From the NCBI GenBank assembly GCA_947498845.1, contig CANMLX010000022.1, positions 1,452-65,451 on the forward strand: a DNA stretch of 64,000 nucleotides. Reading direction: 5' to 3'. The notes under the pieces are model-generated. The model ran no database searches, was not told the origin of the DNA, and saw only the letters and a list, made by a program, of their open reading frames with translations. A program made the translations under genes and the position numbers. The DNA is from an uncultured Flavobacteriaceae bacterium (lineage in GTDB: Bacteria > Bacteroidota > Bacteroidia > Flavobacteriales > Flavobacteriaceae). Shown here in pieces: positions 36,572 to 46,030 of the stretch (position 1 is its first letter; the number at the start of each line of letters is the position of its first letter).

Positions 36572-39109
36572 TTACTTTATATTTAGAGTAACAGATTGGT
36601 CTTTTAACCCTTCTATTTTAGCGGTAATTATTACAGAACCTTTAACTTTTTTAGATTGAATAATTGCCAATGCTTGCCCTCTACCAGTTTCCACACTATT
36701 TGATTGAAAATCGTTAATATTATCTGGTTCACCATTATCAACACCCAATAATTTTGCCTCTCCAGAAACTTCAAAAGTCACCTTCTTGTTTTCTGTTCTC
36801 ACTAGGTTCCCATTTTTATCTTTTAACTGGACGACTAAGTGAGACACATCATAAGCATCGGCTTCTAGAGTAGTTTTATCTGCATTCAATGTAAATTCAG
36901 TAACATCTGTTGTTGTTTCTAAAGTAGTTTCTACAGCTTTGCTATTGTAAACGCCTTTAGCTTCTAATTTACCAGCATTAAAAGGTACTGTCCAACGTAG
37001 AATACGGTCTGGTGTTTTTTCTAGTTCTCTAAACCCTAAAGATTTTCCATTTAAAAACAATTCTACTTTTGGCGCATTAGTAGAAACTTCTACCATGATA
37101 TCTTCTCCTTTTTTATAATTCCAGTGCATGTTGGTATTTCTCCAGTTATAAGCACTAGAATTTTCTGGTAGTTCTTGTGCAGACGTGCCTGTCTTTTTAA
37201 ACCCAGAATTTTCCAGAGGAATGGTTCCAAATGACATATGTGGTTCATCGACCCAAATGCTCTTAAAATAATTCCACCCTTGTACTTTGAATCCAGCAAT
37301 GTTTAACATGTCAGACCATCCACTTTTATTAGGCCAATCCCCATGCTTTTCTCCTAAATACCCAATACCTGTCCACATATACATACTATATACACCAGGA
37401 TTTTCAATAACTGCTTTCCAATCGTTATAATTTCCAGAACATTCATTAATAGTAACTTGTTTATCAGGGAAGTGTTTTTGAGCCCATGGGATATCGGGAT
37501 TTCTATAACTAAAACCAGCAATATCAACAATATCGGCAAAACCACTAACCATACTTACTTGAGGAATTATAAAGTTTGCGGTAGTAGTACGTGTAGGGTC
37601 TAATGCCTTTACCTGATTGTTTAGTTTTTTAGCGGTTTCTACTAAAATATACTCTCCTTTTTTAGAAGCATCATAACGTGCTTTCATTTCTTCAGGTGAA
37701 AACTTTGGTTTTCCTCCCCAGTATCCAGTATGCTCTTGTGGATCGTCTGGGTTATTCCAAAAACCAGTAACATAACGATAATGTAAATAAGTCCATTCAA
37801 TTTCATTACCAATACTCCATTGTATAACAGATGGATGATTACGATCTCTTAATATAGATCTTGTCAAGTCACTTTCCCACCATTTTTGAAAATGCTCTAC
37901 ATAACCACGCGAAATATAATCGTTGTGTCTATCATGAAAGTTTAAGCGCTTATCTTTAGCGTAGTCCCATTCATCAAAAATTTCATCTTGAACTAATACC
38001 CCCATTTCATCACAAAGGTCTAAAAACTCTTGAGAGAATGGGTTATGAGAAGGGCGAATACCATTAACACCCCCATCTTTTAACAACTGTAATCTTCGCC
38101 TCCAAACACCTTTAGGAACGGCTGCACCTACTAATCCACCATCGTGATGTATACACACGCCTTTAATTAATGTGTTTTCCCCATTTAAAAAGAAGCCTTC
38201 TCCTGCTTTAAATTCGAGTTTTCGAATACCAAAAGGTGTTACGTATTCATCAAGTTTTTTCCCATTAGCAACTATAGTTGTAATGGCTTTGTACATGTTA
38301 GGGTTATTATAATGCCAAAGTTTAGGTTGCTCTACTGTTAAATCTTGCTTAAATTCTTGTGCTTTACCAGAGTCTAGACTTAGGTCACTAGATTTTGTAG
38401 CGACTTGGTTTCCATTAGCATCAACAATTTTAGTATTTAATGTAAAATGACTTGTTTTGGTTAATTGATTTACGACTTTAATATCAATATCTACTAAAGC
38501 TTTTTCTTTAGAAATTTCAGGAGTTTTTACAAATGTTCCCCAGATAGGAATATGAAGTTTGTCAAGTGTTACTAACTTTACTTTACGGTAAATGCCACTT
38601 CCAGGATACCAGCGACCATCCACATAACGTGTGCGATCTACATGTACTGTTAACACATTTTCTTCTCCTTTTGGTTTTAAAATATTTGTTAAATCAAAAT
38701 ATACGGGAGAATATCCATAAGGGTTTTCTCCTATTTGCTTACCATTTAACCAAAAAGTTGCGTTATTATATACCCCATCAAATAAGATAAAAGTACTTTT
38801 TTTAGAAGCATCATTTTCTGTTACAAAGTGTTTTTGATAAATACCAACGCCTCCAGGAAGATATCCTGTTGCCCCATCCCATTTTTTATCAAAAGAATGC
38901 TCAATACTCCAATCATGCGGTAAGCGAATATCACGCCAATTAGTATCATCCAATGGAACAATAGTTGGTTTTAATGAGTCTTTAACTTCTGTAAATTTCC
39001 AGTCGAAGTTAAAATCGGTTTCTCTAGTGATTGAGGTAGAAGTTTTTTCTTTTTGTTGGCACGAAATTAAACCAATAAAGATGGTAAAAAGTAGGATTAT
39101 TTTTCTCAT
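36572..39109 (-). CDS. glycoside hydrolase family 2 (beta-galactosidase-like), secreted
   Basis: 845 aa with a lipoprotein-like signal (...GLISC). GH2 acid/base region NHPSVIQWSIGNE and C-terminal Ig-like domains. Confidence 0.85.
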   Translation of the reverse strand: MRKIILLFTIFIGLISCQQKEKTSTSITRETDFNFDWKFTEVKDSLKPTIVPLDDTNWRDIRLPHDWSIEHSFDKKWDGATGYLPGGVGIYQKHFVTENDASKKSTFILFDGVYNNATFWLNGKQIGENPYGYSPVYFDLTNILKPKGEENVLTVHVDRTRYVDGRWYPGSGIYRKVKLVTLDKLHIPIWGTFVKTPEISKEKALVDIDIKVVNQLTKTSHFTLNTKIVDANGNQVATKSSDLSLDSGKAQEFKQDLTVEQPKLWHYNNPNMYKAITTIVANGKKLDEYVTPFGIRKLEFKAGEGFFLNGENTLIKGVCIHHDGGLVGAAVPKGVWRRRLQLLKDGGVNGIRPSHNPFSQEFLDLCDEMGVLVQDEIFDEWDYAKDKRLNFHDRHNDYISRGYVEHFQKWWESDLTRSILRDRNHPSVIQWSIGNEIEWTYLHYRYVTGFWNNPDDPQEHTGYWGGKPKFSPEEMKARYDASKKGEYILVETAKKLNNQVKALDPTRTTTANFIIPQVSMVSGFADIVDIAGFSYRNPDIPWAQKHFPDKQVTINECSGNYNDWKAVIENPGVYSMYMWTGIGYLGEKHGDWPNKSGWSDMLNIAGFKVQGWNYFKSIWVDEPHMSFGTIPLENSGFKKTGTSAQELPENSSAYNWRNTNMHWNYKKGEDIMVEVSTNAPKVELFLNGKSLGFRELEKTPDRILRWTVPFNAGKLEAKGVYNSKAVETTLETTTDVTEFTLNADKTTLEADAYDVSHLVVQLKDKNGNLVRTENKKVTFEVSGEAKLLGVDNGEPDNINDFQSNSVETGRGQALAIIQSKKVKGSVIITAKIEGLKDQSVTLNIK

Positions 39110-39180
39110 TAGTAATATTATAAATACAAATAGTTCAGTATCTTATCTAAAATTAGTAAGATGCCCACGAAAATATAAAA

Positions 39181-39215
39181 AGCCAATAATTCTGTAGAGA
39201 ATATTGGCTTTTATT
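39181..39215. terminator. bidirectional terminator downstream of galE
   Basis: AGCCAATAATTCT-GTAG-AGAATATTGGCT hairpin (1-nt bulge) with flanking A/T runs. Confidence 0.6.
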
Positions 39216-39250
39216 TTTAAAAATTTACAGGATGTTAAGATATTGTAAAG

Positions 39251-40270
39251 TTATGATCGTACTTTTTGCTCCCAATTCCAAGCAGAAAGCATAGCGTTAT
39301 CTAGGCTAAGTTGTGTTTTCCAGCCTAAATCGTCATTAGCTTTAGTAGTATCTGCATATGCAGAAATAATATCGCCTTCTCTTCTTCCTACTATTTTGTA
39401 TTTTAATTTTTTACCAGAAACACGCTCAAAAGAGTTAACAACTTCCAATACAGAACTTCCTTTACCTGTTCCTAAATTAAACGTTTCGTAGCTAGATTTA
39501 TTTTCACCTTTAAGCAAACGTCCTAAAGCAACCACGTGTGCTTTTGCTAAATCTACTACATGAATATAGTCTCTAATACACGTACCGTCTGGTGTTGGGT
39601 AATCATCTCCAAAAACAGATAACTCATCTCTTAAACCCATTGCCGTTTGTGTAATAAAAGGCACTAAGTTTTGTGGGACTCCTATTGGTAATTCTCCTAT
39701 TTCGGTAGATTCATGGGCTCCTATAGGGTTAAAGTAACGTAGTGCAATAGCTTTTAAACTAGGAACAACTTTACAAGTGTCTGCTATAATTTCTTCTCCT
39801 ATTTGCTTAGTATTCCCATAAGGAGATTCTGCCATTTTTACAGGAGCATTTTCAGTAATGGGTAATTCATCTGCTTGCCCATATACGGTACATGACGAGC
39901 TAAATATAAAGCTTGCAGCAGGTAATTTTTTTAATTCTTTTAAGATATATACTAAGGTAGAAATGTTATTTTCGTAATATAATAAAGGCTCTTGCACACT
40001 TTCACCAACAGCTTTACTTGCAGCAAAATGAATAACACCTTTAATATCATTATGCTTTTTAAAGAACTTTTCAACATCTGCTTTCTCTCGTAAGTCTAAT
40101 TTTTCAAAAAGTGGAGTTTTACCAGTTATGGCTGTAATGCCATCCAAAACCTTTTCTGAAGAGTTTGATAAATTATCGATAATAACAACTTGGTAACCTT
40201 CATTTTGTAATTCCACTACAGTATGCGAGCCTATAAAGCCTAATCCTCCAGTAACTAATATCTTATTCAT
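39251..40270 (-). CDS. galE: UDP-glucose 4-epimerase
   Basis: 339 aa. Rossmann motif GGLGFIGSH and catalytic SPYGNTK (YxxxK). Confidence 0.9.
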   Translation of the reverse strand: MNKILVTGGLGFIGSHTVVELQNEGYQVVIIDNLSNSSEKVLDGITAITGKTPLFEKLDLREKADVEKFFKKHNDIKGVIHFAASKAVGESVQEPLLYYENNISTLVYILKELKKLPAASFIFSSSCTVYGQADELPITENAPVKMAESPYGNTKQIGEEIIADTCKVVPSLKAIALRYFNPIGAHESTEIGELPIGVPQNLVPFITQTAMGLRDELSVFGDDYPTPDGTCIRDYIHVVDLAKAHVVALGRLLKGENKSSYETFNLGTGKGSSVLEVVNSFERVSGKKLKYKIVGRREGDIISAYADTTKANDDLGWKTQLSLDNAMLSAWNWEQKVRS

Positions 40271-41417
40271 TTATATAGTTTATAATTGTTGATGTTATGT
40301 ATGCTATTTGTTCGTTGTCTAATTCTGTATGCATTGGTAACGAAATCACTTCTTTAGCTAATTGATTTGTTACTGCAAAATCGGTGTCGTTATACCTACT
40401 ATCTACATATGCTTTTTGTTTATGTAGTGGAATAGGGTAATAGACACCACAGGGAATCTCATTTTCATTTAAATGTTTTACCAAAGCATCTCTATCTATG
40501 CCTTTAACCCTTAAAGTATATTGATGAAATACATGGCAATCACAAGCATCACAGATGGTTTTACATCCGTTTGCGATTTTAGGGATTGTTATTTTGTCAA
40601 CACCTTCAAAAGCTTTATTGTATTTTTTTGCAGCTGTTTGCCTGGCTTTATTATAGGTATCTAATTTAGGTAGCTTAGTATTTAAAACGGCAGCTTGTAT
40701 ACTATCTAAGCGAGAATTAACACCTACTACATCATGATGGTATCTTTTATACATGCCATGATTAACGATACCTCGTATAGTATGCGCTAAGTCGTCGTTA
40801 TTTGTGAAAATTGCACCACCGTCCCCATAGCAGCCTAAATTTTTAGAAGGAAAAAATGATGTTGCCCCTACATGTCCTATTGTGCCTGCTTTGGCTTTAG
40901 TTCCGTTTTTATAAGTATAATTTGCTCCTATAGCTTGAGCATTATCTTCTATAACAAAAAGGTTATGCGTTTTTGCAATATCCATAATGGCTTCCATATT
41001 GGCACTTTGCCCAAATAAATGCACAGGAACAATAGCTTTAGTTTTTGGTGTGATGGCGTTTTTTATCGCTTCAATATTGATATTAAAATCGTCTTCATTT
41101 ACATCAACTAAAACAGGTGTTAAGTTAAGTAATGCAATAACTTCAACAGTCGCCGCAAATGTAAAATTAGCTGTAATAACCTCATCACCAGGTTTAAGAC
41201 CTAGACCCATCATGGCAATTTGTAGTGCATCGGTGCCATTGGCACAAGGGATAACGTGTTTAACGCCTAAATACGTTTCTAAATTTTTTTGGAATTCATG
41301 AACTTTAGGACCATTTATATATGCAGTATTTTCAAGAACATCTTGAATCGAACTATTAATAGTATCCTTTATATCATTATACTGACCTTTAAGGTCAACC
41401 ATTTGAATTTTTTTCAT
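40263..41417 (-). CDS. DegT/DnrJ/EryC1/StrS-family PLP-dependent sugar aminotransferase
   Basis: 384 aa. Family pattern NGTDALQIA...; PLP-lysine region SFFPSKNLG. Overlaps galE by 8 nt. Confidence 0.9.
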   Translation of the reverse strand: MKKIQMVDLKGQYNDIKDTINSSIQDVLENTAYINGPKVHEFQKNLETYLGVKHVIPCANGTDALQIAMMGLGLKPGDEVITANFTFAATVEVIALLNLTPVLVDVNEDDFNINIEAIKNAITPKTKAIVPVHLFGQSANMEAIMDIAKTHNLFVIEDNAQAIGANYTYKNGTKAKAGTIGHVGATSFFPSKNLGCYGDGGAIFTNNDDLAHTIRGIVNHGMYKRYHHDVVGVNSRLDSIQAAVLNTKLPKLDTYNKARQTAAKKYNKAFEGVDKITIPKIANGCKTICDACDCHVFHQYTLRVKGIDRDALVKHLNENEIPCGVYYPIPLHKQKAYVDSRYNDTDFAVTNQLAKEVISLPMHTELDNEQIAYITSTIINYINE

Positions 41418-41568
41418 TCTTAAAATTTCAACACCATCTTTAGTGTATTAATTGGTTTAATTTCAATTAAAAGCCCATGGTTTTCGGCGAACAAAATTAC
41501 AAAATTCAAGTGTGTAATCTATAGATTTATTTTAAAGAAATGTATTTTAGCATTAAACATTAATACTA

Positions 41569-42804
41569 TTGCAACTTATATATAACATTGGCATTACAAT
41601 AGCGGCATTTGTTTTAAAATGTATAGCTCTTTTTAATAAGAAAATTAAACTTGGAGTTCTAGGTCGTAGACAAGTATTTAAAGTTTTAGAACATCTAGTA
41701 AAAGAAGATTGTAAAACACTTTGGTTTCATTGCGCATCTTTGGGAGAGTACGAACAAGGGCTTCCTGTATTTCAAGAATTGAAAAAGCATTATACTAAGC
41801 ATAAGATTGTGTTAAGTTTTTTTTCGCCTTCGGGTTACGAAATACGGAAAAATACGCCTTTAGCAGATGCGGTCGTGTATCTGCCTATGGATACCAAAGT
41901 AAATTCAAAACGCTTTTTAGATTTGGTTAATCCAGAATTAACCGTTTTTGTTAAATATGATATTTGGCCTAATATAGTATTAGAACTAAAAAAAAGAAAT
42001 TTACGTGCTATTTTAATTTCGGCTGCATTTAGAAAAAACCAAATCTATTTTAAACCTTATGGAGGCTTATTTAAAAAGGCGCTTTTTACATTTGAACATA
42101 TTTTTACACAAAATCAAAGTTCCAAAGTACTTTTAAATGGTATTAACTATAAAAGTGTTTCTGTATCTGGTGACACGCGATTTGATAGGGTGAGCAATCA
42201 ATTACTTATAGATAATAAATTAGATTTTGTAGAAGCATTTAAAGGTGATAATTTATGTGTTGTTGCGGGTAGTACATGGCCAGAAGACGAGGTACTTTTT
42301 ATCAATTTTATCAATTCTAAGGTTTTAGAAAACGTAAAATTTATTGTGGCGCCTCATAATATAAAACCAAATCAGATTAAAAGTTTTGCAGAGAAATTAA
42401 ATATCAAAACAGTACTTTTTTCTGAAAGAAACAATAAACAATTAAAAGATTATAATGTATTAATAGTAGATACCATAGGCTTATTATCTAAAATCTACAG
42501 CTATGCAGATATTGCTTATGTGGGGGGTGCTATGGGAACCACAGGGCTACACAATACACTAGAGCCAGCTGTTTTTGGAGTGCCTGTTATTGTAGGGAAA
42601 AACCATAGAGGTTTCCCTGAGGCTCAAGAGATGATAAACTATGGGGGAATGTTCTCAATACAAAACCAAGACAGGTTTAACACTACACTAAATAAATTAA
42701 TTAGCGATAATATTTACCGTACACAATGCGGTACTAAAAGCGCTAGTTTTATCAAAGAAAATAAAGGGGCAGTGTTAAAAATAATAGACTACCTCAAAAT
42801 ATAG
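41569..42804 (+). CDS. waaA: 3-deoxy-D-manno-octulosonic acid (Kdo) transferase
   Basis: 411 aa. WFHCASLGEYEQGLPV is typical of the KdtA N-terminal domain. TTG start as given by the track. Confidence 0.85.
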   Translation: MQLIYNIGITIAAFVLKCIALFNKKIKLGVLGRRQVFKVLEHLVKEDCKTLWFHCASLGEYEQGLPVFQELKKHYTKHKIVLSFFSPSGYEIRKNTPLADAVVYLPMDTKVNSKRFLDLVNPELTVFVKYDIWPNIVLELKKRNLRAILISAAFRKNQIYFKPYGGLFKKALFTFEHIFTQNQSSKVLLNGINYKSVSVSGDTRFDRVSNQLLIDNKLDFVEAFKGDNLCVVAGSTWPEDEVLFINFINSKVLENVKFIVAPHNIKPNQIKSFAEKLNIKTVLFSERNNKQLKDYNVLIVDTIGLLSKIYSYADIAYVGGAMGTTGLHNTLEPAVFGVPVIVGKNHRGFPEAQEMINYGGMFSIQNQDRFNTTLNKLISDNIYRTQCGTKSASFIKENKGAVLKIIDYLKI

Positions 42805-43809
42805 CTATGTTATTTTCATAAATGCTTCGGCTTTTTCAACCATATGTTTGCTCCCACAAATAAAGGGTACACGTTGGTGTAGCTCGTTAGGTTCAATATC
42901 CATAATTCTAATAAAACCATCGCTGGCTTTTCCATTAGCTTGTTCTGCTAAAAAAGCCATAGGGTTGCACTCATATAATAACCTAAGTTTTCCGTTTGGG
43001 TTTTTAGAACTTTGGGGATAAAGGTAAATACCACCTTTAATCATATTTCTATGAAAATCGGATACCAACGACCCAATATACCTAGACGTATAAGGTCTGT
43101 CACCTTCCTCTTCTTGGCAGTATTTAATATAGTTTTTTATGCCTTGAGGAAAATGGATGTAATTACCTTCATTAACCGAATAAATAGTGCCGTATTCAGG
43201 AAATTGCATGTTAGGGTGCGATAAATAAAAAGAGCCTATAGCAGGGTTTAAAGTAAAGCCATTAACACCATTGCCAGCGGTATAAACTAGCATAGTAGAA
43301 GTACCGTAAACAATATAGCCTGCAGCAACCTGCTCGCTACCTTTTTGTAAAAAATCTTCAAGTTTTACAGGAGTACCTATAGGAGAAATGCGTCTATAAA
43401 TGGAAAAAATTGTACCTACCGAAACATTAACATCTATGTTTGATGAGCCATCTAAAGGATCTATTAAAACCACATATTTATTTTGATGGCTTTCATCTTG
43501 ACTATTAATAGTTATAAAATCGTCTTCCTCTTCGCTGGCAATGCCACAAACTATGTTTCGTCTTGTAAGTGTTTGTATAAATTTTTCGTTAGCATAAACA
43601 TCTAACTTTTGTTGATCTTCTCCTTGAATGTTTGTATCTCCAACAGCACCAATAATATCAACCAAACCAGCATTGTTAACCTCATGATTTACAACTTTAG
43701 CAGCTAATCTTAAAGAATTTAAAAGGCTGGAAAGTTCTCCTGAAGAATATTTAAAAGCCGATTGGTTTTCTATAATAAATTCTCCAAGTGTCTGTTTTTT
43801 GTGATGCAT
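42805..43809 (-). CDS. fbp: fructose-1,6-bisphosphatase class I
   Basis: 334 aa. [21 protein letters not shown] and GGIYLYP signatures. Confidence 0.95.
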   Translation of the reverse strand: MHHKKQTLGEFIIENQSAFKYSSGELSSLLNSLRLAAKVVNHEVNNAGLVDIIGAVGDTNIQGEDQQKLDVYANEKFIQTLTRRNIVCGIASEEEDDFITINSQDESHQNKYVVLIDPLDGSSNIDVNVSVGTIFSIYRRISPIGTPVKLEDFLQKGSEQVAAGYIVYGTSTMLVYTAGNGVNGFTLNPAIGSFYLSHPNMQFPEYGTIYSVNEGNYIHFPQGIKNYIKYCQEEEGDRPYTSRYIGSLVSDFHRNMIKGGIYLYPQSSKNPNGKLRLLYECNPMAFLAEQANGKASDGFIRIMDIEPNELHQRVPFICGSKHMVEKAEAFMKIT

Positions 43810-44049
43810 GTTACTTGATTTTAAAGTTGCAAATATCTAAAAATTTACAAACAACTACATCGTTTTCGTTAGGTTTAATTGGAGCCAAAATTTACAACAT
43901 TTAAATCTCGATTATTGAGTAAACTTTAAAAGCTATATTTGAATTCAATTTAAATGTATGAAATGAGCCATAATAACTAATGAGAATACCCATCGAAATG
44001 TTAAATGGCGAATTACATCTGACAGATAAAAAACAATAAAATTTAACAG

Positions 44050-44529
44050 ATGAATATTATAATAAGAAATGCCACCAAAAGTGATATGGCTCAGGTTTTA
44101 GAGCTTATAAAAGCATTGGCGATTTTCGAAAAAGAACCCGATGCTGTTGAAGTTTCCGTAAGAGATTTAGAGCAAGATGGTTTTGGTAAAAATCCTTTGT
44201 TTCATTGTTTTGTTGCAGAGATAAATTCTAAAATAGAAGGTATTGCATTAATTTTTACGCGCTATTCAACATGGAAAGGTAAAACAATACATTTAGAGGA
44301 TTTAATTGTGAATGAAACCATGAGAGGAAAAGGGATTGGTTCACTGTTATTAGATGAAGTTATAACCTATGGGCATAATCTAGGTGTAAAGCGTATTAGT
44401 TGGGACGTTTTAAATTGGAATGCCCCGGCCATAGAATTTTACGAGAAAAAGGGCGCTGAAATAATGAAAGAATGGAATCTGGTACATTTAAATAAAGAAG
44501 GTATAAAAAACTATATAGCCAAATTGTAA
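44050..44529 (+). CDS. GNAT-family N-acetyltransferase
   Basis: 159 aa. Acetyl-CoA binding motif MRGKGIGSLLL. Confidence 0.85.
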   Translation: MNIIIRNATKSDMAQVLELIKALAIFEKEPDAVEVSVRDLEQDGFGKNPLFHCFVAEINSKIEGIALIFTRYSTWKGKTIHLEDLIVNETMRGKGIGSLLLDEVITYGHNLGVKRISWDVLNWNAPAIEFYEKKGAEIMKEWNLVHLNKEGIKNYIAKL

Positions 44530-44530
44530 C

Positions 44531-45781
44531 ATGCAAATATTTAAATTTGGAGGGGCATCTGTAAAAGATGCTAATGGTGTAAAAAACTTGGCTCAAGTAC
44601 TACAGGTAGTTGGTTATAAGGATACACTTGTTGTGGTATCTGCCATGGGCAAAACCACTAATGCTTTGGAATTGGTTATTACAAATTATTTTGAAAATAA
44701 AACCGAACTAGAACCTGCTATAAATACTGTTGCTCAATATCACAAAACAATTTTATTAGACTTGTTTAGCAATAAAATGCATCCTGTTTTTAATAACGTA
44801 TTAGGGTTATTTAAAGAACTAAAACAATTCTTAAACAGTAATAAATCACCTAATTATAATTTTGTTTACGATCAGGTGATAGGCTATGGAGAACTAATTT
44901 CAACCACTATAGTAAGTGCTTATCTAAACAGTATTACTATAACTAACAAGTGGTTAGATGCTCGAGAACATATAAAAACAGATAATTATTACAGGCGAGC
45001 CAATGTAATTTGGGAAGAAACTCAAAATAACATTTCAAGAAATTTTAATAAGAACAATCTAAGTATCACTCAAGGCTTTTTAGGCAGCGATACAAATAAC
45101 TTTACAACAAGTTTAGGAAGAGAAGGGAGTGATTACACTGCGGCCATTTATGCGTATTGTTTAAATGCAGATCGTGTAATAATATGGAAAGATGTTCCTG
45201 GGGTTTTAAATGCAGACCCTCGTTATTTTGAGCAGACGCAATTATTACATCAAATATCTTATCAAGAAGCCATAGAATTAGCATTTTATGGCGCTTCTGT
45301 AATTCATCCTAAAACATTACAACCATTACAGCAAAAGGAAATTCCTTTATATGTAAAGTCATTTTCTAATCCAGAAAACGCAGGGACAAGAGTTGGGAAG
45401 GGGATAACTCTTGATCCCGAGATACCATGCTTTATTGTAAAAAAGAATCAAATACTTATTTCTTTATCATCTTTGGATTTCTCATATATTGTAGAAGAAA
45501 ATATAAGCGAGATATTTGCGTTACTACATCAGTGTAAAATGAAAGTGCACATGATACAAAATTCGGCTATAAGTTTTTCGGTATGTATTGAAAATAATTA
45601 TAATAACTTAGAAAAGTTATTACAACACTTAAAAGCAAAATTTAGTGTAAATTGCTACGCTAATGTAGTGCTTTACACTATTAGGCATTATAATAAAGTA
45701 GTTTTAAAAAAGTTAGAAAAAGATAAAACTATATTACTTAAGCAATTAACACAAGACACAGTACAAATAGTAACTAAATAA
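44531..45781 (+). CDS. lysC: aspartate kinase
   Basis: 416 aa. N-terminal KFGGASV and the amino-acid kinase fold pattern, with C-terminal ACT-like regions. Confidence 0.9.
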   Translation: MQIFKFGGASVKDANGVKNLAQVLQVVGYKDTLVVVSAMGKTTNALELVITNYFENKTELEPAINTVAQYHKTILLDLFSNKMHPVFNNVLGLFKELKQFLNSNKSPNYNFVYDQVIGYGELISTTIVSAYLNSITITNKWLDAREHIKTDNYYRRANVIWEETQNNISRNFNKNNLSITQGFLGSDTNNFTTSLGREGSDYTAAIYAYCLNADRVIIWKDVPGVLNADPRYFEQTQLLHQISYQEAIELAFYGASVIHPKTLQPLQQKEIPLYVKSFSNPENAGTRVGKGITLDPEIPCFIVKKNQILISLSSLDFSYIVEENISEIFALLHQCKMKVHMIQNSAISFSVCIENNYNNLEKLLQHLKAKFSVNCYANVVLYTIRHYNKVVLKKLEKDKTILLKQLTQDTVQIVTK

Positions 45782-45797
45782 CCTGAGTGCGATTAAT
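45781..45797. repeat. solo MITE terminus relic
   Basis: ACCTGAGTGCGATTAAT resembles the MITE TIR ACCTGAGTTCGATTTAA. It starts inside the lysC TAA stop, in the same AAATA|ACCTGAG context as copy A at the ppnP stop. Confidence 0.5.
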
Positions 45798-46030
45798 ATT
45801 GTAACCACAGCTTTGCTTATTTTTGATCAGAAATTTTTTTAAATTTTTGAGTAATATCAGGATATTGCGAGGAGATTTTGGGGAATTTATGGTAAAAAGA
45901 AGAAAGTCTTTAAAAGAAAAGTTAGTATCACCTCATTTTTACACTAGAAACCTAAGGCAACACTAATCTTTCTGCGAAAACAAGATTAATCGTACTTAGG
46001 TTAAATAGTATATTTATTACTTTTACATTC

